A DNA stretch of 55,463 nucleotides, taken from assembly GCA_016219905.1 (NCBI GenBank), contig JACRKA010000202.1, positions 1 to 55,463 on the forward strand. Direction: 5' to 3'. This DNA is from Verrucomicrobiota bacterium (GTDB taxonomy: Bacteria > Verrucomicrobiota > Verrucomicrobiia > CAIQCK01). The notes beneath the pieces were generated by a model. That model made no database searches and was not told where the DNA came from. It saw nothing but the letters and a program-made list of their open reading frames with translations. Positions within the stretch are counted from its first letter, which is position 1. Every line of letters starts with the position of its first letter. Below are positions 7,708 through 18,087 of the stretch, in pieces. A program made the position numbers and the translations under genes.

Positions 7708-8913
7708 TCACATCCGCCAGCGACGCGCGTCGCCGGGCGCGCCGAGGAGCTTTCGCGCCTGGCGCCACGCGATGCGGGCCAGCCCGCCGGTGGTGGCGCG
7801 CATGGAGGTCCAGCGGTTGCACTCGTTGAAGCAGAGCGTGCAGGGTTTGGCGGCCATTTCGCTGCGGAACGCCCGCGCGGCGGGCGACTGCCAGAGCCGG
7901 CGCAGGTCGAAGCCGCACTCGCGGAGGTTGCCGAGCTTGCGGTCAAGCACGATGCACGGATAGACATCCCAATACGGGTCTATGTAACCGAGCGCCGTGC
8001 CGGCGAGGCAGCGCACGCCGCTGGCCGGGTCGCGCAGCCAGCCGAGATAGCTCTCGGTGTAATAGTTCCGCCCGAAGCCGGGATGCGTCTGTTGAAGCTC
8101 CGCGACGAGGGCGAGCAGTTCGTCGCGGGCGGTGACGGGCTGGAGGCCTTTCTCGTTCTGGTAGTAGTGCGCCGACGGCAGGGCGGACATGAAACCGATC
8201 TTGTGCGGCGGCACGCCCTGCGCGACGAGCCACTCGACGAACGCGGGGAACTCGCGGTAGTTGGCGGCGGTGAGCGTGCTGGAGATCTCGACGCGATAGA
8301 ACGGGTAACGCCGTTCCTGCTCGCGCGCCCACTGGAAGAGCCGCCACGCGCGGGCGAAGCCGCCGGGCGTGCCGCGGACGAGGACGTGCGTGGCTTCGAG
8401 GCCGTCGAGCGAGACGGCAAAGTTCCGCAGATGGCGGCCGGAGAGGCGCGAGAGCAGCGCGCCCTCGCGCTCGATGATGCGGTCGGTCTCGAGGGCGTTG
8501 GTGGCGCAACTGGTGCGGTGGCCGCGGCGGTCCATCGCGAGCCAGAACTCCTCGACGTCGTCGCGGTTGAACTGCTCGCCGCCGGTGGTGGCGACCTGGA
8601 TGAGCTGCGGGTTGGTGTCGAGGAACCGCTCGAACTCGGCGGGCGTCATCTCGCGCTGCGCCCGCTCCGGTTCCTTGCGATAGGTGGTCCAGATGCCGCA
8701 GTGGGTGCAGCGGCTGTCGCAGCGGTAGGTGACGCTGACGAGGAAGTGCGCGGGAAAAGCGGGCGACGGATCGGCCCCGCCGCCGGCGCAGCGGCGGAGG
8801 TCGTTGCGCAGGGCGGCGCCGAGCCAGCGCCGCCAGAGGCGCAGGCCGTCGCGGGCAAGGGTGTCAAGTGAACGTCTGATGGCTGCCTCGTGAGATGAAC
8901 TCGCCGGCATCAC
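7708..8913 (-). CDS. Radical SAM enzyme with C-terminal SPASM-like Cys cluster
   Basis: 401-aa track ORF with the CxxxCxxC motif in 'VSVTYRCDSRCTHCGIW'. C-terminal cysteines ('RCLAGT...YPCIV...CGF...KPCTLCFNECNRW') are consistent with an auxiliary Fe-S (SPASM or twitch) domain. Confidence 0.85.
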   Translation of the reverse strand: MMPASSSHEAAIRRSLDTLARDGLRLWRRWLGAALRNDLRRCAGGGADPSPAFPAHFLVSVTYRCDSRCTHCGIWTTYRKEPERAQREMTPAEFERFLDTNPQLIQVATTGGEQFNRDDVEEFWLAMDRRGHRTSCATNALETDRIIEREGALLSRLSGRHLRNFAVSLDGLEATHVLVRGTPGGFARAWRLFQWAREQERRYPFYRVEISSTLTAANYREFPAFVEWLVAQGVPPHKIGFMSALPSAHYYQNEKGLQPVTARDELLALVAELQQTHPGFGRNYYTESYLGWLRDPASGVRCLAGTALGYIDPYWDVYPCIVLDRKLGNLRECGFDLRRLWQSPAARAFRSEMAAKPCTLCFNECNRWTSMRATTGGLARIAWRQARKLLGAPGDARRWRM

Positions 8914-8950
8914 ACGCGCCCGGCGTCCGCTGAACGCCGGGACCGCGCGG

Positions 8951-11563
8951 TCATTTGGCCGGTTTCTTTTTCACCGGCGTGAACTCAACATCGGTGCTGA
9001 CCGGCGGCGCGTTGGTCTTGCCGGGGACGCGCTTGGTCTCGAGGACCGCCTGGGTGTCGCCGGCGGGGGCGGCCGGTTTGTCGCCGGGCGGCTCGGGCAG
9101 CGGCGCGGAGAGTTTGTCCCACTCGGCCTTCGCGTCGGGCGCGATCTTCGCGGCGTTGGCGGCGTAGGCGGCGGTGTATTGGGTTTGCTGGAGGTCGCGC
9201 GAGAGCCAGGCGAGCGCGACGAAGTTGGCGGCGCGGGCGGCCGGATTCTGGGCGTTGGTGATCTCGCTGTAGTAGGTCATCAGCGTGAGCATCGTGAGCG
9301 GGGAGAGGTCGGCCCATTTCTGGGCCGCCTCGCCGCCCGGCGTGGCAAACGTGACGCCGTTGTCATCGGCCTTGGTGGCGCTGCCGGCGAGGGCGGCGCC
9401 ACTTCGGTTGGTGAGGCCGGGGCGCGCGTAGGGCGTCTTGGCCATGTTCGCGATGATCAGCTTCTTCATCTCCACCATGCGCCGGTAGATGCCGGCGCGG
9501 TCGGCGGCGATCGGCTTGAGTTCAGGCGTCTCGATCTTGCCAGCGGCGTCATCGAAAGCCTTCGCGGCGGCGTCGAAGCTGTATTCGGCCAGCGCGGCGG
9601 TGGCGGCGGTGGCGGCGGCCTCAATCGCCTTCTTGCCGGCGGCGAACTGCTCTCGCTGTTTGACGGCGGGGTCCACTTTCTTTTCTTCCGTCTGCGCGGC
9701 GGCGGCCTTCTTGAGGTCTTCTTCGATGGACTTCACGCGCGCGAGCAGGATGGGGGTCTTGATCTGCTCGCCGAGACCTTTGATGATGTCGCCGGCCTGG
9801 TCCTCGTTGCCCGCAAGTCTCAACTTCGAGATGTCCGCCATGGCGTCGTTGATGACCTTCAGGTCGGCGGCGAGCCTGGTGGCGTCGGGCTGGAAGAGCG
9901 TGACCCACTTCGCGTCCTTGTCCTCCTTGGCCGCGACGTAGCCGTCCATCCATTTGCCCGCGTCCTTGAACTTGCCATCGGTCATCGCCTGCACGCCGAG
10001 GTAGAACTGGGCCAGCGTCCACGCCCACGGCAGTTGTTTTGCCAGCTTCGGCTGGACGGCAGGGAGCTTGAGGTCGCCGGCGAGGAGCTGGCCGAGGACC
10101 GGCGCGTAGTTGGATTGGAAGATCTGCTCGGGCAAGCCCGGCTTCTCCGCTGCGGCGGCCGCCGCCTTGAAGGCTTTCTTGGCCTCGGCGGCCTTGTCCT
10201 GGAGGTTGAGGGCGAGGCCAATCTGGCAGTCCAGCACGGGTCGCTTGGTTTTCTTGTCCTCAGGCACGGCCTCCCGGGCGCGGCGGTAACTGGTGACGGC
10301 GGCGGCATACTTGCCGTCCGCCAGCTTGCTGTCCGCATCAACCCACGCATCGAAGGCGGCGGGCCACGTGTCCACCGCCGCTTTGCCGGCCGGCTGGGCG
10401 GCGGAAGAAGCCGTGCGGTCGGCTTCGTCGTGCGATCCCCAGATGAGATGGCGGTAATGCCAGATGCCCCACGCCGTGGCGATGCAGCCGGCCAGGACCA
10501 GGACGGTGCCGATGACAGCCTTCAGCGTCACCGGAGGCGCGCCTTCCTTGGCGGCGATGACGCCGGCCTGCCTGGCTTTCAGCTTTTGCTTCTCGCCGGC
10601 GCGCTGCTCCGCGTGAACGATGGCCGCCTGTTTGGCCATCTGGAGTTCCTCGATCAACTCGTCGTAGGATTCGTGCCGCTCCTCGCGGGTCTTGCGAAGC
10701 ATCCGGCCGATGGCCTGCGCCGTGTCGTCGCAGATGTCGGGCGCGAACGTCTTCAGGGACAGGGCCGGCGTCTTCAAGTGCTTGAGCACCACCTCGGTGG
10801 CCGTGTCGGCCTCGAACGGCGCGCGCCCCGCCAGCGCGTGGAACATCGAGCCGCCCAGCGAGTAAATGTCGCTGCGAAAATCCTCCGGCTCGCCCGCCAC
10901 CTTCTCCGGCGCGATGTAATAAGGCGTGCCCCAGATGCCATCCTCCTCGCCCTTCTTCTCCTTCTCCTCGCCGGCGAACCGGGCCAGGCCGAAGTCCACG
11001 ACCTTCGCGTGCCCCTCGGCGTTGAAGAGGATGTTGCCCGGCTTGATGTCGCGGTGGATGACGCCCCGCTGGTGGGCGGCGCGCAACGCCGAGGCCACCT
11101 GGATGCCGATCTCCAGCGTCTCCAGTTCCGACACACGCTTGCGGGTCTCGATCTTGTGGTCGAGGCTGCCGCCCTCCAGCAGCTCCATGACGAGGTAATA
11201 CTGCTTGGCGATTTTTCCGAAGCTGAGGATCTGCGCGATGTTCGGGTGGTTCAGCGCGGCGGCGGCGCGCGCCTCGCGGGTGAAGTCCTCCACGAACTGC
11301 GGGTTGGCGGCCAGGTCCTTCTTCATCAACTTGACCGCCACATATCGCTGCAACGTCGAATCGAACGCCTTGTAAACCGTGCCCATGCCGCCGCTGCCGA
11401 GCGCGGTCAGGAGCTGGTAGTTGCCGATGATCATCGGCACCACCAGCACCGTCTGGCAGGAGGGGCATTGGGCCTTGCTGAACGGCTCCAGCTCCGTCAC
11501 GTCGAGGTGCTGGCCGCACTTCGAGCAGGCGATCTTGATTTTCTTGGCCGGGGCCTCTGGCAT
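8951..11563 (-). CDS. Ser/Thr protein kinase with N-terminal zinc ribbon, one TM helix and a large Ala/Lys-rich, TPR-like C-terminal domain (870 aa)
   Basis: Track ORF with a zinc ribbon 'CSKCGQHLDV...CPSCQTV'. Hanks kinase motifs are 'GSGGMGTVYKA', 'VAVKLMK', 'HRDIKPGNIL', 'DFGLA' and 'GTPYYIAPE'. A TM segment is 'VIGTVLVLAGCIATAWGIW'. Confidence 0.9.
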   Translation of the reverse strand: MPEAPAKKIKIACSKCGQHLDVTELEPFSKAQCPSCQTVLVVPMIIGNYQLLTALGSGGMGTVYKAFDSTLQRYVAVKLMKKDLAANPQFVEDFTREARAAAALNHPNIAQILSFGKIAKQYYLVMELLEGGSLDHKIETRKRVSELETLEIGIQVASALRAAHQRGVIHRDIKPGNILFNAEGHAKVVDFGLARFAGEEKEKKGEEDGIWGTPYYIAPEKVAGEPEDFRSDIYSLGGSMFHALAGRAPFEADTATEVVLKHLKTPALSLKTFAPDICDDTAQAIGRMLRKTREERHESYDELIEELQMAKQAAIVHAEQRAGEKQKLKARQAGVIAAKEGAPPVTLKAVIGTVLVLAGCIATAWGIWHYRHLIWGSHDEADRTASSAAQPAGKAAVDTWPAAFDAWVDADSKLADGKYAAAVTSYRRAREAVPEDKKTKRPVLDCQIGLALNLQDKAAEAKKAFKAAAAAAEKPGLPEQIFQSNYAPVLGQLLAGDLKLPAVQPKLAKQLPWAWTLAQFYLGVQAMTDGKFKDAGKWMDGYVAAKEDKDAKWVTLFQPDATRLAADLKVINDAMADISKLRLAGNEDQAGDIIKGLGEQIKTPILLARVKSIEEDLKKAAAAQTEEKKVDPAVKQREQFAAGKKAIEAAATAATAALAEYSFDAAAKAFDDAAGKIETPELKPIAADRAGIYRRMVEMKKLIIANMAKTPYARPGLTNRSGAALAGSATKADDNGVTFATPGGEAAQKWADLSPLTMLTLMTYYSEITNAQNPAARAANFVALAWLSRDLQQTQYTAAYAANAAKIAPDAKAEWDKLSAPLPEPPGDKPAAPAGDTQAVLETKRVPGKTNAPPVSTDVEFTPVKKKPAK

Positions 11564-11622
11564 GGCGCTAGATACTTATCATGCGGCCCGGAAAGCGGCA
11601 ATTGCAAAGCCGATGCGCCCCC

Positions 11623-13109
<1,487 letters not shown>

Positions 13110-13113
<4 letters not shown>

Positions 13114-13838
13114 TTCAGCTTCTTGATCCGGAGGTTTCGATACGCCACCGGGCCGTGGTCGCCCTGCAACATCAGCGGGCCGGCCGGCTTCTCGTCGTTG
13201 AAGGTGGACGCGCGCGTCGGGCCGGAGACCTCGACGTTATCGTGAACCACCTTGCCGTTGTGGACGACCTTCACGAAGCAAGCGTTCTTGATCTTCTTGC
13301 CACTGGCGTCGAAGCGCGGCGCGCGGAAGATCACGTCGAAGCTCTGCCATTCGCCCGGCGGCTTGCTGGCGTTGACGCGCGGCGCGTGGCCTTCGTAGCC
13401 GCGCTTCGCCGGGTCCGGCTCCGCGTCGTTCCAACGCTGGTAGATGCCGCCGCAGTCGGAGTATTTCGGATGCTCCACACCCCAACTGTCGAACACCTGG
13501 ATCTCGTAGCGCGCCATGAAATAAACGCCGGAGTTGGAGCCTTTCGGGACGCAGAACTCGACGTGGGCCTCGACGTCGCCGTGCCCCGTCTCGCTCAGCA
13601 GATTGCTCGTGCGCCCCTTCGGCCCGTTCACCAGCACGCCCGTGCCCGGCGTGATGACGAATTTCTTTGGCTCCGCAGCGTCGGGCGCAACGGCAGCGAC
13701 CGCCTGCCACTCGCCGGCTGGCTGGCGCCAGCCGTTGAGGTCCTTGCCGTTGAAAAGCTGGATTCCTTCGGCCCGGCCCGTTTGCGCGGCGCTGGCAAGC
13801 AAACCCAGTCCGATGAGGATGGAGATTCGCAGTTTCAT
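13110..13838 (-). CDS. DUF1080 (3-keto-disaccharide hydrolase domain) family secreted protein
   Basis: 242-aa track ORF with signal peptide MKLRISILIGLGLLASAAQTGRA. It has 'LFNGKDLNGW' near the N-terminus and 'LMLQGDHGPVAYRNLRIKKL' at the C-terminus, both typical of DUF1080. Confidence 0.85.
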
Positions 13839-13902
13839 GATGTCACCCGCGGCGGAGAGTAAACGGAAGCCGCACGACCGGCAATGGCGATTCGTCCGGC
13901 GC

Positions 13903-14202
13903 TCACGCTACGCGCTTGACCGCGACGGCGAGTTTCAATCCCAACGATTCGAGCAGGGTGGCAAGGCTGGAGAACGCCGGGTTGCCTTTCTTCGAGAGCA
14001 TCCGATAGATGTTCTCGCGGTTCAGCTCCGCTTCCTTCGCGACCCGGGCAATGCCCCGCGCCTCCGCGACGTCACGCAACGCCATCAGAAAGACATCCTG
14101 AGAACCGTCTTCCAATGCCGCGTTGAGATAGGCCGCCGCCTCTTTGGGGGCGGCGAGGTCGGCCTTCAAGCCTTCTTCGTAACTGACCGATGTCTTTTTC
14201 AT
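13903..14202 (-). CDS. higA: HigA-type antitoxin (addiction-module antidote, HTH/XRE-like), 99 aa
   Basis: This is the C-terminal part of track ORF 13903..14469, starting at ATG 14202 (MKKTSVSYEEGLKADL...). 'AALEDGSQDVFLMALRDVAEARGIARVAKEAELNRENIYRMLSKKGNP' matches the antidote-protein family HTH. It overlaps the upstream toxin stop by 4 nt. Confidence 0.8.
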   Translation of the reverse strand: MKKTSVSYEEGLKADLAAPKEAAAYLNAALEDGSQDVFLMALRDVAEARGIARVAKEAELNRENIYRMLSKKGNPAFSSLATLLESLGLKLAVAVKRVA

Positions 14203-14534
14203 GACTCTCTCCTGCGGTAATCCAGCCAGAATTCTCTCGCCCGCGCGATGTCCCGCGACTGCGACCCTTTGTCGCCGCCACAGAGCAGCACGACCAGCGT
14301 CCGGCCGTCTCTGCCGAAATAGACGCGATAGCCGGGGCCGCAAGCGATCCTCAGTTCCAGCACGCCTTCGCCCACGGACTTGCAGTCGCCGAAGTTGCCG
14401 AGACGGAGCCGGTTCAAACGAACACGGATCTTTGCGCGGCCGCGATCGTTTTTCAGCGCGTGCAACCACTCGCGAAACGGGTTCCGGCCATTTGCCATCA
14501 CATATTCGCGAAGCTCTTGCGGGAGCGCATCCAC
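14199..14534 (-). CDS. higB: HigB-like / addiction-module killer protein (RelE/ParE superfamily toxin), 111 aa
   Basis: Track ORF with a GTG start at 14534. '...REYVMANGRNPFREWLHAL...RLRLGNFGDCKSVGEGVLELRIACGPGYRVYFGRDGRTLVVLLCGGDKGSQSRDIARA' matches the conserved killer-protein pattern. The toxin-first gene order is typical of HigBA. Confidence 0.8.
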   Translation of the reverse strand: MDALPQELREYVMANGRNPFREWLHALKNDRGRAKIRVRLNRLRLGNFGDCKSVGEGVLELRIACGPGYRVYFGRDGRTLVVLLCGGDKGSQSRDIARAREFWLDYRRRES

Positions 14535-14544
14535 GCGAGGAATA

Positions 14545-14560
14545 GTAGCTTATAAGCTAC
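14545..14560. promoter_or_regulatory. Perfect 16-bp palindrome GTAGCTTATAAGCTAC immediately upstream of higB (candidate HigA operator)
   Basis: The palindrome was read directly from the sequence. It lies 11 nt upstream of the higB GTG, in an AT-rich patch of the 65-bp higB-nfo intergenic region. Confidence 0.5.
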
Positions 14561-14599
14561 AACAAGGCAACCGCGAATTGCACGAGGGCCGGCGCTCCG

Positions 14600-15457
14600 T
14601 CAGCTTTTCTTCAACAGCGACCGCAGCAGGCGGAGGTTGGCTTTGTCGAGTTGGCTCACGTCCTCGAAGTCGCCCTTCGGCGTTTCCAGCACGCCGGGCA
14701 CGCGCGAAAAGCGCGGATGGTTGAGCACGAGGCGGAACGCTCCCTTGCCGACGTGGCCCTTGCCGATGTGTTCGTGGCGGTCCACGCGCGAGCCGAGCGG
14801 CGTCTTGGAGTCGTTGAGATGGACGGCGACCAGAAACCGCCAGCCGATGATGCGGCCAAAGTCGGCTGCGACCTTCGCAAACGCCTTCGGCGTTCGGCTG
14901 TCGTAGCCCGCGGCGAGCAGGTGGCAGGTGTCCACGCAGACGGCGAGCCGTTCCGGGCCGGCGCGCGAGATCAGTTCGGCCAGATGCTCGAAGCGGTAGC
15001 CGAGGTTGGTGCCTTGCCCTGCCGTCGTCTCCAGCGCGACCTTCACGGATGAGCCGCGCGTCTGGCGGAAGACCTCCTTCAGGCTGTCGGCGATGCGGCG
15101 CAGGCCGGCATTTTCGCCCGCGCCCATGTGCGCGCCGGGATGGGCGACGACGAACGGCAATTCCAGCGCATCGGCGCGTTGCAGCTCGTCCACCATCCCC
15201 TCGATGCTCCGGCGCAGCGTGACGGGGTTCGTCGCGCCGAGGTTGATGAGATAGCAGTCGTGCGCGAAGACCGGCCCGATGCCAGTTTCGGCGCGCAGGC
15301 GCTTGAACGCCGCGATCTCCTCGGCGCGCAGCGCGCGCGAGTGCCATTGCATGTTGCCGCGCGTGAAGATCTGGATGGCGTCGCAGCCCGTGCGCCGGCC
15401 GCGCTCGATGGCCTTGTCCACGCCGCCGGCGATGGACATGTGCGCGCCGAGTTTCAC
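14600..15457 (-). CDS. nfo: Deoxyribonuclease IV (endonuclease IV)
   Basis: This is the C-terminal 285 aa of track ORF 14600..15883. '(V)KLGAHMSIAGGVDKAIERG...' is the canonical Nfo N-terminus. Metal-site motifs are 'VVAHPGAH', 'VCVDTCHL' and 'VHLNDSK'. The GTG at 15457 overlaps the upstream TGA (GTGA). Confidence 0.9.
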   Translation of the reverse strand: MKLGAHMSIAGGVDKAIERGRRTGCDAIQIFTRGNMQWHSRALRAEEIAAFKRLRAETGIGPVFAHDCYLINLGATNPVTLRRSIEGMVDELQRADALELPFVVAHPGAHMGAGENAGLRRIADSLKEVFRQTRGSSVKVALETTAGQGTNLGYRFEHLAELISRAGPERLAVCVDTCHLLAAGYDSRTPKAFAKVAADFGRIIGWRFLVAVHLNDSKTPLGSRVDRHEHIGKGHVGKGAFRLVLNHPRFSRVPGVLETPKGDFEDVSQLDKANLRLLRSLLKKS

Positions 15458-16218
15458 GCCGGGATGACGTCGAGGATTTCGGCGAGCTTGTTGTCCTGCG
15501 GGTAGGCGTGGCCGAGGTGCTGGCGGAAACCCTCGGCGAACTTCACGCCGCAACGCTGGCCGTTGGTCGTGCCCCAGCGCCGCATGTTGAGGACGTATTC
15601 GTCCATCCCGTGATGCTCCCGCAGCCAGTTGCGCTGGGTGGCGTGGCACTTGACCATCCGCTCCTTGGTCTTCATGACCGGGGTAACGTCCACGTAGAAG
15701 CTGGCCTGGATGGGCCGGCCGAAATGGTCTTTCATGTCCACCGCGTCGGCGTAGTAGAGATACGGGACGGCGGCGGTGTGGCGGGCCGGTGGCGTGATCA
15801 ACGTGTGAAGGTTCGGGGCGCCGGCGATGAACGTGGCCGTCCGCGCAAGCTGGGAGGTGATCTCGTGGTCCACCATGTAGCACACCGGCGAGTGGGTGAA
15901 GACGAGGAACGGGTTCACGCGCCGGACCAGTTCGATGACGGCCCGGAGCGTGGGCGGGTCATACATGATGAGGGCGTCGCGCGCGCCGCAACAGTGGTGT
16001 GTCGCGCCGATGACGGCGGCGGCGCGGCGCGCCTCTTCGAACCGGATGCGGGAGATGTCGTCGGTGCCGTATTCCAATGTGCCGCAGTCGCCAGCGGCGA
16101 CGTTGGCCATGTGGATGCGGTAGCCCTTTTTGGCGAGAAGGGCGAGCGTGCCGCCGCAGAGGAACTCGATGTCGTCGGGATGGGCCATGATGGCCAGAAC
16201 GGTCTTGTTGTCTTTCAT
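15454..16218 (-). CDS. PIG-L/LmbE family N-acetylglucosaminyl deacetylase
   Basis: Track ORF 15454..16251. I prefer the start at ATG 16218 (MKDNKTVLAIMAHPDDIEF...) because the longer start would overlap the upstream CDF gene. It carries the 'AHPDD' family signature. Confidence 0.85.
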   Translation of the reverse strand: MKDNKTVLAIMAHPDDIEFLCGGTLALLAKKGYRIHMANVAAGDCGTLEYGTDDISRIRFEEARRAAAVIGATHHCCGARDALIMYDPPTLRAVIELVRRVNPFLVFTHSPVCYMVDHEITSQLARTATFIAGAPNLHTLITPPARHTAAVPYLYYADAVDMKDHFGRPIQASFYVDVTPVMKTKERMVKCHATQRNWLREHHGMDEYVLNMRRWGTTNGQRCGVKFAEGFRQHLGHAYPQDNKLAEILDVIPA

Positions 16219-16237
16219 GTTGGCTTTCGTTTGTGTT

Positions 16238-17179
16238 CTAACGCGCGTCAATCGGCCGCCGGCCTTCCTGGCTGGCTTCGTGGTGCGGCTCGATGTGAAC
16301 GAGCACCTGTTCGACGCGCGGCACGTCGCGCCGGACGCGGACCTCGACCGCGTGGCCGAGGCGGTGACTTTCGCGCACGGTCATGTGATCGTCCACTTCG
16401 ATATGGATTTCCACCAAAATGTTGAGGCCGGACTTGCGGGCGTGAGTTTTCTCCACCAGCAACACGCCCGGCACGGCCGCGGCGGACGCGCGGATTTTCT
16501 CCAGCGTCTCGGCGGGCACCTGCGTGTCCATCAACTCCAGCGTGCTGCGGCGGAAGATGCCGACGGCCATCACGGACATGATGCCCGCGACGACGAACGC
16601 CGCGATCGGGTCGAGCACGCGCCAGCGTTCGCCGCCGGCAATGGCGCCGCCGATGCCGAGCGTGGCGGCGATGCTGGAGAAGGCGTCGCTGCGATGGTGC
16701 CACGCCTCGGCAATGAGGCTGGAGCTGTCGAGGCGGCGGCCGATGGAGAGTTTGTATTGGAACAGCGCCTCTTTGATCGCAATGGAGACCAGCGCGACGA
16801 CCAGCGCGAGCGCGGTGGGGCCTTTGAGCAACTCCGGGTGTTGGAGGCGTCCCCACGCGCCGTAGCTGATGCCGATGACCACGAGCAACAGGACGCCCGC
16901 GATGACGGTCGCGGCGATGCTCTCGATCTTGCCGTGGCCGTAGGGATGCTCGGGGTCGGCGGGCTTGGCGGCGGTGCGCAGGCTCCACGCGAGGCCCGTG
17001 GAGCTGACCACGTCGGTCAGCGAATGAAACGCGTCGGCGATCAGCGCGGTGGAGTGGCCGAGAATGCCGCCGACGAACTTCGCCACGACGAGCACCGCGT
17101 TCGCGATGATGCCCACGCGCGCCGCGCGGCAAGCTTGGCGGTAGGCATCGGCGGTGTCGCTCGGCGGGACGGCGATCAT
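16238..17179 (-). CDS. Cation diffusion facilitator (CDF) family divalent-metal efflux transporter
   Basis: 313-aa track ORF. It has the paired TM metal-site motifs 'HSLTDVVSS' and 'HHRSDAFSS', 'PYGHGKIE', and a C-terminal cytoplasmic domain. Confidence 0.9.
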   Translation of the reverse strand: MIAVPPSDTADAYRQACRAARVGIIANAVLVVAKFVGGILGHSTALIADAFHSLTDVVSSTGLAWSLRTAAKPADPEHPYGHGKIESIAATVIAGVLLLVVIGISYGAWGRLQHPELLKGPTALALVVALVSIAIKEALFQYKLSIGRRLDSSSLIAEAWHHRSDAFSSIAATLGIGGAIAGGERWRVLDPIAAFVVAGIMSVMAVGIFRRSTLELMDTQVPAETLEKIRASAAAVPGVLLVEKTHARKSGLNILVEIHIEVDDHMTVRESHRLGHAVEVRVRRDVPRVEQVLVHIEPHHEASQEGRRPIDAR

Positions 17180-17182
17180 CGG

Positions 17183-17917
17183 TCACTTGATCTCGAGCAC
17201 CCAGACCTCCTGCTTCGCGGGCAGGCCGGCTTTGCTGACGGAGAACGAGTCCGCGCCGAGCCGCTTCACGGCGGGTTTGCCCTTGAGGTATTCCTCCACC
17301 GCCGCGATGGGCAGCTTGGGCGTGTAGCGGGTCTTGAAGTGCATCGCGACGACGACGCGCGGGTTGAGTTGCGCGACGAGCTTGTCGAGTTTGCCGGTGT
17401 CTATCGTGAAGAATCCGCCCACCGGCAGGAGCAGCACGTTCACCGGGCCGATGTTCTTGATCTGTTCGGCGTCGAGCAGGTGGCCGAGGTCGCCCACGTG
17501 GCAGAAGCGCACCCCGTCCATCTCGAAGGAATAAACGGTGACATTGCCGCGCTCCGCCCCGCGGCTCTCGTCGTGGAACGCCGCCGTGCCGGTGACCGCG
17601 ATGCCTTTGCGGTCGAAACGGCCGACGCCTTTCTCGCTGCGGCAGACGAGCGGCGAGCCGCCGATGATGCCGATGTTGTTGTGGTCGTTGTGCTCGTGGG
17701 TGACCAGCAGCACGTCGGCGGTGAGGCCCTTCGGGATCGGGTAGTTGAAGAAGGTGTTGTCGAACGGGTCAATCACCAGCTTCGCGCCGCTGGAGGAGGT
17801 GAACTGGAAGAACGACTGGCCGAACCACTGCACGCGCACCGCGTTGGCCGTTGCCGCGCCCGCGCTCGCCAGCCAGTGGCAGCCGCCGCCGAGTAGCAGG
17901 AAGAACAATCGTTTCAT
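17183..17917 (-). CDS. Metallo-beta-lactamase-fold hydrolase with signal peptide
   Basis: Track ORF 17183..18034. I prefer ATG 17917 (MKRLFFLLLGGGCHWLASAGA...), which is preceded by GAAAGGAG. It carries the 'THEHNDH' HxHxDH motif. Confidence 0.8.
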   Translation of the reverse strand: MKRLFFLLLGGGCHWLASAGAATANAVRVQWFGQSFFQFTSSSGAKLVIDPFDNTFFNYPIPKGLTADVLLVTHEHNDHNNIGIIGGSPLVCRSEKGVGRFDRKGIAVTGTAAFHDESRGAERGNVTVYSFEMDGVRFCHVGDLGHLLDAEQIKNIGPVNVLLLPVGGFFTIDTGKLDKLVAQLNPRVVVAMHFKTRYTPKLPIAAVEEYLKGKPAVKRLGADSFSVSKAGLPAKQEVWVLEIK

Positions 17918-18087
17918 TGACTTCGCTCCTTTCTGTTCGAGGCGCGGTAGCATACACCAACCGACACGGCGGCGTGCAAGATTTTCCGCGGCCAGCGGAC
18001 CGGCAGCGGAGTTGACACCGCCGCCAAACTGCACTTACGTAGGCGCGAATCCCGGCCTCAACAAGGCCGCAAGAGACGCCGACCGCC

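Noticed and set aside
6344-7963. Track ORF 6344..7963(+) (539 aa) and the N-terminal extension of 6386..7918(-)
   Set aside because: The + ORF is antisense to the zinc-finger gene and Arg-rich. The 147-codon extension of the minus ORF reads through the heptad hairpin ('EIRNPKLETRNKSE...') into the radical SAM gene. It is therefore repeat translation, not protein.
17918-18087. Mn-sensing (yybP-ykoY) riboswitch or clear MntR/Fur box upstream of mntH
   Set aside because: I could not see the conserved riboswitch helices or sequence blocks, or a convincing palindrome. There is only a TTGACA hexamer (18012-18017) without a good -10 element.
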